A DNA stretch of 64,000 nucleotides, from NCBI GenBank assembly GCA_036172245.1, contig JAYWIR010000126.1, positions 1 through 64,000 on the forward strand, in the 5' to 3' direction. Under the pieces are notes generated by a model that saw only the letters and a list, made by a program, of their open reading frames with translations, had not been told where the DNA came from and did not search any database. The DNA comes from Raillietiella orientalis (taxonomy: Eukaryota). Numbering within the stretch: position 1 is the first letter of the stretch; each line of letters begins with the position of its first letter. Shown here piece after piece: positions 47,081 to 57,994 of the stretch. A program made the position numbers and the translations under genes.

Positions 47081-50000
47081 CACCTGGGCTCGCCAGTCGC
47101 CGTCGGATTCGCGCGGCCTGTTGGAATGTCAACGGGCTGCGCGACGACGGTAACAGGCGAGATACAGCCGACACCCTGCGGGAGTTCGACCTGGCCCTGT
47201 TGCAGGAGATCCACGTGATCACCGCGGCAGACGTCCAGGAGATCGAGACGATCGCGGGGGGTCGGCTGTACTGGCAATGCGGCATCCGCTACACCTGCGG
47301 GGTCGCGTTCTTCGTGAAGCCGGCCATCGACGCTGCCGTGAAGGGCGTGCGCTTCGATGACGACGGTCGGGTCAGTCAGCTGACTCTCGGCTGGTTTGAC
47401 TCGATCGATCTGATCGTCACGAACGTGTACGCTCCAACCGGTCAAAAGGGACACAGCAACCGTACCAGGCTGCTTGAATCCTTGAAGCGCGACTGGCTGG
47501 CGAACACGAGCGTGCGGAAGGTTCACCTGATAGCGGGAGATTTCAATCTCCGCCTGCTAACAGGTGAGCCGGAAACACAGGTGAACGCGATGAACGAGTT
47601 GTGCGCCGCCATGCGTGCGCGCAACTTGTTCGCGGGTGAGAGGGAAATGGTCCGCAGCATCGACCACGTCTTCCTCGACGCTGACCTGTGTTCACGGGTC
47701 GGCAAACGGGGGAGGGTTGCGTCAACGTTGTCGGACCATTCCCGGTTAATTTTCGAGATGCGGCCTCGCGACAAAGGACCGCCATCCAAAGACTGGCGTC
47801 TGCCTGGGGACTGGACGCGACTCTCAGGTGCGAAGGAACACCTTCGCGAATACCTGAGAGGCGTCACGCTCCGGAATCTCCAAGACTGGGACCTTTTCAA
47901 GGAATCGGTCCAGGAGTTCTGCGAGCAGTTCTTCCTGGACCGCCTGCCCTCCGGATTCGGCGAGGGTCCTCGCAACCATCGGGCCTATTTACAGGCCCGA
48001 AGGTACGAGCGAACCCCTAATGTCCGTCGCCTGGCCGAGTACCGCGCCGGGGCCGAACGCCAAGGCTGGCAATCCGGGTCGGCCAGCTTGCTGGACGACC
48101 AGGGCCGGGAATGTTCGTCCCCGGCGTCGGTACGGCATCTCGTGCGGAGTTATTATTCCTCCCTTTACGCCATGGCGCCCCCGGATCAAGATGACTCTCG
48201 GCTCTTGCTTCCGGATAGTGCCGCGGCAATTGGGGAGGAGGAGTCGTTAAGCCTCGATGAGCCTTTTACCACCGGCGAAATTCTAGCCGGTATCAAAAGG
48301 CTCAAGTGGCGGAAAGCTCCAGGGGAAGACGGCTTGCCCGCGGAGTTCTATCAGAGCTTCGCGGAAGAGCTGGCACCCCTGCTGCTTCAGCTGACAAGGC
48401 TGATCCGAGACGAAGGCGATGTTCCCGCCTCGTTTCGGTCAGCCAGAGTGAGGCTCCTTCCGAAAGGGGAAGACATTAGGAATTTGAACAACTGGCGTCC
48501 GATCACGATTGTGAATACGGACTCCAAGTTGGTTGCCGGGCTATGGGCTTCGCGTCTGGGGCAGGTGGCAGAATCCATAATTAGCCCGGAGCAGACATAT
48601 GCTGTTCCCGGGCGAAGTATGGATGCCAACCTCTTCTTCGCGAGCACGTGGTTGAACGCGCAGAAATGTCAAAAGGAAGGGAAAGGAAAAATCGGCAACC
48701 CCACTTTGAAGCCGCCAGCAGGGCAGGGAATGGACTCTTGGGCGGGGAAGGGGGCCTTAGCGCTCGCAGTCGATCTCCATAAGGCGTTCGACTGTGTTGA
48801 CCAGGGTCTTTTGTTGGAGCTCCTAAGTCGCATGGGCTTCCCACCCTCCTTGATCAACTACCTGCGCTCCTGCTGGCGTCATGCCATAATTTCCGTTTCT
48901 TTCAGCGGTCAGAAGGTGCATGGCGTGCCGGTGCGGCGGGGCATCAGGCAGGGAGATAGCCTGAGTCCCCTGCTCTTCAGCACCTACTTTGAGTTGGTGG
49001 TGAGAGCCTACAGGGTGACTTTGGCCTCCTTGCCTAGCTCGTGTCCCGGCACGCCCGCCGTAGCAGCCTATGCCGACGACCTTCTGCTCCTGTTACCTAT
49101 GTCCACCCCGGCGAAGTCGGTCGGAGACTTCTTCGATCTGCTCAGCCGTGGGACCGGACTGCAGGTCAACAGGGCGAAGTCGTCGGTGGTGCCAGTAGGT
49201 GCGGCGTGGGCAGGGCAGCAGGACTGGGTCCGTCTGGGGATCCCCACAGCAAGGTGCCTCAAGTACCTTGGTGTGCCGTTGGGTGACTACTCCCCTGCGG
49301 AAGCGTGGTCCAGCTGTCTTCAAAAAGTCGAGACGGCGATCGGCCCGTTCCTGGAAGGCAAGTGTCACTTGCCGGAACGGGCCGCGGTTTGGAACGCCTT
49401 CGCAGCCCCCATTTTCCGCCCCTTGCTTTTTGTTTGCCCCGCCCCCAGAGAATGCAAAAAGAGGAAGAAGGACCTCCTCCGCATCGCCCTTTAAGGCAAG
49501 GGGAGGCCCCGAGTCCCTCTGCAGGACTTGTGCGCTCCGCGTCAAGACGGCGGCCTTGGCATCCTGACGCTGGAGCGCGTGGAAATCCAACTGCGGTGCC
49601 GAACCCTCGCCATCGCAGCGAAGATGTGGAGCACCCCTTGGTGCGTTCCGGCCCGCCACCTCGCCAGGCGTGTGTCCCGATGCGAAGGACTCGCGTCGTT
49701 TCTTCTGTGCCCTGGCCGGAAGATCCGAAGATGCGGCCTTATGCTCGGACGCATAGCAACCTTGGCGAAGACGAACGGTTGGATGGTTTGTGGCCCCGCC
49801 AACTCCTGCGCCTGGTTGGAGGAGACTGCTGGCACATGGGCTAAGCTGAACCGGAGGAGCGAAAACCACATGAACTGCCTGCGAATCGGCCCATATGGCA
49901 ACCGCACCCTGCGGGAAATACTGGAATTTCCTCGGAGTCGCAGGTGGGCGTTGACGACCCCCCTTGCTACGGCGATGCCCTACCTCCTGAGGGCGCTTCA

Positions 50001-50676
50001 GGATTGCCAGAAGCCGAGGTGGCAAGTCACCTGCCAGATTGCAGGCAGGGAGAAGATGTTCGGCGGCTGGACCACAGGAGAACTGGCGGACGCCACGACC
50101 CCGAGCGTCCAGCCGCGTGGACTAATGAGATGGAGCGAGCTGCTCGCCATCCCTACGGATGTGCTGAAGTGGCCCCCGGTATTAAAGGAATCCAGGATCC
50201 TGCCCCTTAAGTGGCAAGAGTCGGCGTTGCTTTTGTTGCACTGGGGTCTACCCTGCAACGCGCGCCGCTTCCACTGGACGAGGGGAGCTGTGGATCCTGC
50301 GTGTGCCAGGTGCGGGGAGCGGGAGTCGCTTCCCCACCTTATTGTGGATTGTGCTGCCATCCGACCCCTCTGGGAACGGTTCGGGGCGACCCTAGGGCTC
50401 CCTACGGGCAGCAGCCCCAGAGACGTTCTTCGGCCCCTCTTCGTGAAGGACGCACTGCAGCCAGCCGCAGTTATCGCAGCCTTGTGCTGTGTCCGTGGCA
50501 TCGTGGCGGCATGGAGCGACGCCAATAACGAAGGAGTGGGTCCACACGCGAGGGATGTCGTCCCATACGCTTAACGCTTCATGCGGAGAGCTGCCGGATG
50601 GCCCCAACTGGGGAATATACGAACGGACCTCAAGGGCTTCCTTCAACGGATGGGCCCTCCTCACAGCGTTCAGTGA
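47080..50676 (+). pseudogene. ORF2 of J1 (about 1198 codons; APE-RT-ZnF) with two premature TAA stops
   Basis: Single frame; stops at 49492-49494 (TGG in paralogs) and 50572-50574 (CAA in J); CARCGERESLPHLIVDC finger. Confidence 0.93.
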
Positions 50677-50754
50677 TCCCTTCCCTGCCCTCCAACTTCT
50701 TTTTGTCTGTTTATGTTTTTTATTTTTCTTTTTGTTTTATCCCTATCCCCCTTC

Positions 50755-50895
50755 GCTGCTGAGGAACGCTACGCTGGGCTGCGTCCCGGCGTCCCGGCAG
50801 GTCCAGTGCATATGGCCGTGAGCGGGGCATTGTACCGCGGATGTAGAGTTGTTTTTTTTTTAAAAATAAACGCCCCGGGCGTACCCGGTTGTAAA
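50755..50895 (+). terminator. Structured 3' UTR with AATAAA and terminal hairpin (representative copy)
   Basis: AATAAA 50865-50870 followed by CCGGG-CGTA-CCCGG and TGTAAA; equivalent motifs at all 3' ends. Confidence 0.75.
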
Positions 50896-50900
50896 CCTCC

Positions 50901-53415
50901 ACGGCCAGTTGGAGGACGTGTTTTTCCTTCACACCCCAAAGAGAAGTAGGAAAGCGCTTTTTCTTTTGTGTGGTGTTTTGTGTACATCGTCGGTGTCCAA
51001 TGGCCACGACGCCAGAGGACACCGCGATGGAGGTGGGAGTGGGGGAGGCTAGTTCGCCCCCACAGCCTACTGGAGCAGGGGCAGCCGCCCCGGAATCATC
51101 TCCGGACACGCCGAGGACATGCAGCGCCATGGTGGCCGCGGCCAATGCAGAAGCCATGGCGGAGATGGCCGCATACAAGGCCTCCGGGTACAAGCCTTCG
51201 CATGTGTACCAGGTAGGCAACTTGTTCGACGGCCGGACAGCGCGCGCCTTCAGCAAAGCGTTGAAGGACGCGAATGTTACATAGAAGGATCTGGAAGGCC
51301 TCTCCGTCCTCAGCGGTGAGCAGCGGGTCGAGGTGGTCTGCAAAGATGTCACCTTGGCTCACCGCCTTTTCCATGCGCCGCTGAACGTAGACGGCCGAAA
51401 GATCCTGCCAGTATCAATGGACCGCTCCGTGGTGGTCCACATGACTGGCATCACCAGCCCCATGACGCGGTCAGCGGTTGGTGAGGAATTAAGAAAGTAC
51501 GGCAAGGTGCACGCACTGTGGCCGAAACCCTCCATTTTCGACGGCTTCGATAGCCTTTTTGGTGGGCAGGCTGCAGCGCGGGTGACCGTACGGGAGAATT
51601 GTGGGCTTCCCCACAAACTACAGGTGGCGCAAGAAAACGTCGACCTGTGGTATGTAGGGAAGCCCCGGTATTGCGGGCATTGTGATACCGTGGGACACCT
51701 ACGTAAATGGTGTCCCAATATACAATGCCATTTGTGCGGGGAGCGAGGCCACGTTCGGCGCGTGTGTCCCAAACGCCCCACCCCGGTTCCCCCTGCCGCG
51801 AGTAAAGCGCAGGGAAAACGCGCTTCAAAGGTCTCTAGACCTAAAGTGGGAAAGGGCCAGCACAAGCTGGCAACACCTCAACCTCCGGCGCGTAAGCCGG
51901 AGGATAAACCTTCTGAAACGGTGGAAGGCGAAGAGGGATGGCAGCTTGTAGAGGCCAGAAAGCCGAAAAAAATTCCCACCCACGGAGAGCAAAGAGCGCA
52001 AGACGGCCGGTAAGCCGAAGAAACCCGGTCCGCGCTCGAAAACTTTGCGCGAGTCCACGGTGGCACTGGAACGAATCGTCGTTCCCGAGATTGCCACCCG
52101 GAGCGTCGATCCTCACCTTGCCGTTTCCGCTGCGCCCGAGGCTCGCGACGGCGAACCCTCTGTTTACACAGAGGGTGAGCCGCGCGACATAGCGCCGGTC
52201 GAAGCCGCGGACGGCGCGTTCGCGCAGGCGGCGGAGGAGCACGCGGTCACGCTGGCCGAGCGTGACAACCCCTCGCGCAAGGCCGTGCGAAAACCGGCTC
52301 CGGCGAAGAAGGACCCCACAGGTGAGTTAGACCTAAGGGCCGGTAGCACACTTCCACCTCGGAGGCACCCCCCAGGAAGTCGGTACGCAGGTCCCATAAG
52401 CCCAGGAGGCGCCTCCCCTCCACCAGCGAGGAGGAGAAGACGGAAGCCGTCGCCAGCGTGGGAAATTCCGAGGAGGAATTCCCACGCTCGGAAGCCGTCG
52501 ATGCGGCTACCCCCATGGAGGAGGGTGAACAGGGGGGTGAAGTCCCCCCTGCAGGCGCCGACCCTGAACAGCCCGCCCCCATGGAGGAGGGCGAACAGGT
52601 AGGCGCGACTCCACCTGCGGGTGATCCGGCCGACGCGCCGGCACCGATGGAGGAGGGGGACCAGGAGCCTTCAGCACCTGACCCCCCTCCTCCACCTAGC
52701 GTCCCGTCCCAGCAGGTGGCGGACGTTGCACTGCCATCTTCCCGGGAGTAACACCTGGGCTCGCCAGTCGCCGTCGGATTCGCGCGGCCTGTTGGAATTT
52801 CAACGGGCTGCGCGACGACGGTTACAGGCGAGATACAGCTGACAACCTGCGGGAGTTCCACCTGGCCCTGTTGCAGGAGATCCACGTGATCACCGTGGCA
52901 GACGTCCAGGAGATCGAGACGATCGCGGAAGGTCGGCTGTACTGGCAATGCGGCATCCGCAACACCTGCGGGGTCGCGTTCTTCGTGAAGCCGGCGATCG
53001 ACGCTGCCGTGAAGGGCGTGCGCTTCCATGACGACAATCGGGTCGGTCAGCTGACTCTCGGCTGGTCCGACTCGATCGATCTGATCGTCACGAATGTGTA
53101 CGCCCCAACCGGTCAAAAGCTTCCGGATGGCCCCAACTGGGGAATATACGGACGGACCTCGAGGGCTTCCTTCAACGAATGGGAACTCCTCACAGCGCTT
53201 AGTGATCCCTTCCCTGCCCTTCAACTTTTTTTTGTCTGTTTATTTTTTTATTTTTATTTTGTTTTATCCCCATCCCCCTTCGCTGCTGAGGAACGCTACG
53301 CTGGGCTGCGTCCCGGCGTCCCGGCAGGTCCAGTGCATATGGCCGTTAGAGGGGCCTTGTACCGCGGATGTAGAGTTTTTTAAAAATAAACGCCCCGGGC
53401 GTACCCGGGTGTAAA
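50901..53415 (+). mobile_element. LINE copy J2, tandem copy of J1 with an internal deletion of about 3.15 kb
   Basis: Same 5' and 3' ends as J1; the APE (ggtcaaaag, 53119) is fused to the last ORF2 codons; CCTCC on both sides. Confidence 0.94.
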
Positions 53416-55260
53416 CCTCCAAGGCTGGCAAAAAGGCAGTGAGGCGTCCAGCCTCCACCGAGGAGTCGGTAACTTCCGACCCCGAAGCGCAGGCCGGAAA
53501 CCAAGTTTCCATTTCCGCGGCACCAAGCCGGAAGGCTGGAGGAAAGTGCAGCAAACCTCGGAAAGCCCCTGTCGAGGTAGAAGGCGTGGAGTTCACTTCC
53601 AACTGCGAGGGTGCCATTAGCGTGGGAGAATCCCGGGAATCGTCACCCAAGAGACCACCGCGCACAGACACGGAGGAGATGGAGGGGGTTAAAGCCGGAA
53701 AGGTACCCAAGGTGTCTGAGGAGGCTGAAACCCTAATGGTCATCTCACCCGCCTCGGAAGGGGCGGGTTCCCCCACACCGTCATTTTCCCGGCAGTAATG
53801 CCGGGAATCTCCTCCCGCCGTCGTCTCCGCATCGCCGTTTGGAACATGAACGGCATGACAGACGCCGGCAGGCGACGAGACATGGCCGCCATTGTAGGAT
53901 CGTTCGACCTTGTGCTGCTGCAGAAGATCCATGTGATGTCTGCAGAACAAGCGCAGCAGATCGAACGCATCTAAGGAGGGCGGCTGTGGTATCGGTGTGG
54001 AACATCGAGAAGTTGTGGTGTCGCCTACCTGGTTCGGCCCACCATCGAGGCCGCCGCCCGTGGAGTGCGGTTCGACGATCACGGTCGTGTCGGTCAGCTG
54101 TCTCTCAGCTGGTCCGACTCGATCGACGTGATCGTTACGAACGTTTACGCCCCGAGCGGAGCGGACCTGACGAACAGGAGGGCCAGGAAAGTATTTTTCC
54201 TTGCCCTCCATCGCGACTGGTTGAACGAGGCAGGCGTGCGGAATTCCTATCTGGTTGCAGGCGATTTTAACGTTCGTCTGAAACCGCATGGGCTGAATCA
54301 CGAGCGTGACCTGGTCAGCGAGGTGTGCGCGGCGGTGCACACTTGTAATTTGTTGGCAAGTGTACCAGGGATGGACGACAACATCGATCACGTGTTCCTT
54401 GACGAGCACCTGTGCACTCGTGTGGGCAGGCGCTGCAAGTTGCCGTGCGAGTTGTCCGACCATCGACCAATCTTGATTTAAATCCATCCGTGCGACAGGG
54501 GCACCCCCTTGTCAGCGTGACGTTTGCTAGGGGACTGGCTAGAGCTCCCGGACGCGACGGAACATCTCCGCACGTTGATACGGAGCTTTAGGATGCAGAC
54601 ACTTCAGGATTGGGACCGCTTTAAACGTTCGGTCCAGGAGTTCTGCGACCAGTTCCCTCTACACCGACTACCTACGGGTTTTGGGACCGGGGTCCGTAAC
54701 GAACGAGCCTACCTGCAGGCCCGTCGTTACGCCAGGACCCCCGACATCCGCAGGCTAGCGGAATACAAAGCGGGAGCCGAAAGGCAAGAGTGGCAGTCAG
54801 GATCGGCCAGCTTGCTGGGCGATCAGGGCCAGGAGCATTCTGCACCCGCTCAGATCCGCGGTCTGCTGCGGCGTTTTTACTCCTCCCTGTACGCAAGAAC
54901 GCCTCCCGAGCGGGATTTCTCACCAATCCTGCTTCCGGAAGGCGCTCCTGCGATTGGGGAAGAGAAGAAAAAGTCCCTCGACGAGTCGTTCACGATGGGC
55001 GAGATCATCTCGGCCATCGGAAAGCTCAAGAGGCGAAAGGCTCCAGGGGAGAACGGCCTGTCCGCGGAGTTTTGTCAAACTTTCGCGGCTGAGCTAACCC
55101 CCCTGGTACATCAACTCATCTTGCTGATACGCGAAAAAGGTAACGTTCCTGCCTCGTTTCGTTCGGCAAATTGTGCGGCTTCTCCCTAAGGGAGGAGATC
55201 TGAGGAGCATTAACAACTGGCGTCCCATCACAATAGTGCATGCGGATTACAAGTTGATAG
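53416..55260 (+). mobile_element. LINE copy I' continued (ORF1 end, APE, linker, RT start)
   Basis: ORF1 resumes SKAGKKAVRRPA; TAATG at 53796-53800; breaks at ADYKLI. Confidence 0.92.
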
Positions 55261-57994
55261 TTGCCACCCGGTCACGCCGGGGCGTTTATTAAAAATTCTC
55301 TTTGATTCGTGGTACGAGGCCCCACTACGGCCAACTCAACTGGACCTGCCGGGTCGCCGTTACGCAGACCGGCGCGACTCTCCTCGGCAGCGGAAGGGGG
55401 GGGGAAAAAACAAAAAGAAAAATAGAACATAAAAACAAAAAGATTTGGGAGGGTTGGGGAGGGAACACTGACCACTGGGAGGAGGTTCCATCCTTCGCAG
55501 GATGCCCTCGAGGTCCGTCCGTATAATTTCCAGGTGGGGCCATCTGGTCACAATCCGTAGGTAGCGGACTGCAAGTACGACGGCATCCCTGTCGTGATTC
55601 GGTCTTCCGACGTTGCTCCAGAACGTCACAATCCCGCGTACGCAGCAAAGTGCAGCCAGGGCCGCGGCTGGACGCAGGGCATCATCACGAACAGAAGCCG
55701 AAAAACGTCTCTAAGCTGGCTGCTTTCCTGGATCCGTAGGGAGGCACGAAGACGTTCCCACAGGGGTCGGATGGCAGCACAATCAACAAGGAGGTGGAGG
55801 AGAGTTTCCCGTTCCGCACACCTGATGCAGGTAGGATCTACTTGACCCCTGGTCCAGTGGTAAAGGCGTGCGTTGCAGACCCCAATGCAACAACAGAAGC
55901 GCCGACTCCTGCCACTTCAGAAGGAGGATCCTAGATCCAATTAATACCGGGGGCCACTTCAGGTCATCCGGCTGGATGCCGAGTTGCTCGCCCCATCTCT
56001 GCAGTCCTCTCGGCTGGACACTAGGGGTACTGGCTTGCGCCAGTTTACCCGTGGACCAGCCGCTGATCAGCTTCTCCTTGCCTGCGATGCGGCAGGAAAC
56101 TTGCCACCTAGGCTTGCGGCTGCTGGAGAGCGCCCTCCTCAGGAAGGGCATCGCCGTGGCTAGGGGGGTTGTCTCTGCCCACGTGCTCCTCGCGGGACAC
56201 TGGAGTATCTTCCGCAGAGTGCAGCAGGAACAGGCGCCGCGTCGCAGGCAGTTCCATATCTATTCATTTTTTTCATTATTCTTCGCTTACGTGCCAGCTG
56301 TCTCCTCCAGCCATGCGGAGGAGTTGGCGTAGCTGCATACCATCCAGCCGTTTTCCTTAGCCAGAGTTGCCAGGCGTCCCAGGAGAAGTCCGCATCTCTT
56401 GAACTTCCTGCCACGGCACAGAAGATAGGACGCGAGACCCTCCGTTCCGGATACACTGCTGGCAACGAGTCGGGCCGAAACGCACCAAGAAGTGCTCTAT
56501 AACTTCACTGCGATGGCGAGGGTTCGCCACCACAGCTGAATCTCTACTCGCTCCATCGTCAAGAGGCCGAGACCGCCATCCCGACGTGGAGCACACAAGT
56601 CCTTCAACGGGACTCGGGGCCTCCCACTTTCCCAAAGGGGAATTCTCAGGAGGTCCCTTGTCCGTTTTTTCAACTCTCTGGTGACGGGGCAAACAAAAAG
56701 CAGGGGGCGGAGGATAGGAGCCGCGAACGCGTTCCATACCGTGGCCCGTTCCGGAAGGAGAAACTTGTCTTCCAAGAACGGGCCGATCGCCGTTTCCACT
56801 TTTTGGAGGCAGCCAGACCACGCTTCCGCAGGGGAGTAGTCCCCCAACGGCACAACAAGGTACTTGAATTACCTCACCGTGGGGATCCCTAAACGGACCC
56901 AGTCCGGCTGCCCTGCCCACGCCGCACCAATTGGCATCACGGAGGACTTCGCCCTGTTCACCGTAAGCCCGGTTCCTCGATTCAGCAGGTCGAAGAACTT
57001 CTCGACCGCCGAAGCCGGGGTGGACATAGGGAGCAGTAGCAGGAGGTCGTCCGCATATGCTGAAACCGCAGGCGTTCCGGCGCATTCATGCGGCAGGTGC
57101 GCCAGAGTTTCCCTGTACGCTTTCAGTACCAACTCAAAGTAGGTACTGAAGAGCAACAGGCTCAGGCTGTTTCCTTGCCGGATCCCACGTCGCACTGGCA
57201 CGCCGTGAACAGTATGCCTGTTGAAAGTAACATTGATTTGCGCATCGCGCCAGCTAGAGCGCAGATAGGCTAATAAAGAGGCCGGGAAGCCCAAGCGTTC
57301 CAAAAGCTCCAGAAGGAGATTCTGGTCGACGCTGTCGAATGCTTCACGCAAGTCAACAGCTAACGCAAGTGCTCCCTCCCCCATCCGACCAGCCGTCGCA
57401 TGACTGACGGACTCACTGGAATTCTTGGTGCGCATCAATCCCCTTTCGTATTGGAGCTCTAGCCAGGTGGAAGCGTGGAACAGGTTCGCCTCCATGGTTC
57501 GTCAGGGAACAGCGTATGTCTTTTCCGGACTGACCACGGATTCCGCTACCCGTCCCGGGGGCTCAGTTCTCAGTTTAGCGAGCAACTTTGCGTCCGCATT
57601 CACTACAGTGATGGGACGCCAGTTGCCAACGTGTCGCAAGTCTCCTCCCTTAGGAAGGAGACGTACTCTAGCTGACCGGAACGAGTTGGGGACATCCCCA
57701 CGTTCACGGATCAGCATACATAGTTTTAGCACCAGGGGGGCCAGCTCTGCCGCGAAGTGTTGGTATAATTCAGCTTGCTGGCCGTCTTCCCCTGGTGCTT
57801 CGTTTCTTCTCAATTTATTGATGGCGGAAATTATCTCCTTCATCGTGAACTCTTGGAGGAACATGTGTATTTCTTCCTCCCTCAACGCGGAAGCACCCTC
57901 TGGCAGCAGGCGCTGCGCAAAGGAGCGCTCTGATGGTCTCAGCGCGTAAAGGGAGGAATAGAAATCCCTCAGAATGCGGCAAACCTGCGACGGT
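55261..57994 (-). mobile_element. Copy H', inverted duplicate of H
   Basis: ORF translations identical to H; coordinates sum to 85365. Confidence 0.94.

Larger units (their letters stand above)
45232..50895 (+). mobile_element. LINE copy J1, full length (5664 bp), best-preserved copy
   Basis: TSD CCTCC at 45227-45231 and 50896-50900; intact ORF1; ORF2 in a single frame with two stops. Confidence 0.96.

Noticed and set aside
55345..55405. HDV-like or hammerhead ribozyme in the 3' UTR (CTCCTCG on the antisense strand)
   Set aside because: I could not build the P1/P2/P3 double pseudoknot, the motif is not conserved across copies, and there is no CTGANGA/GAAA core; only an assay could fully exclude self-cleavage
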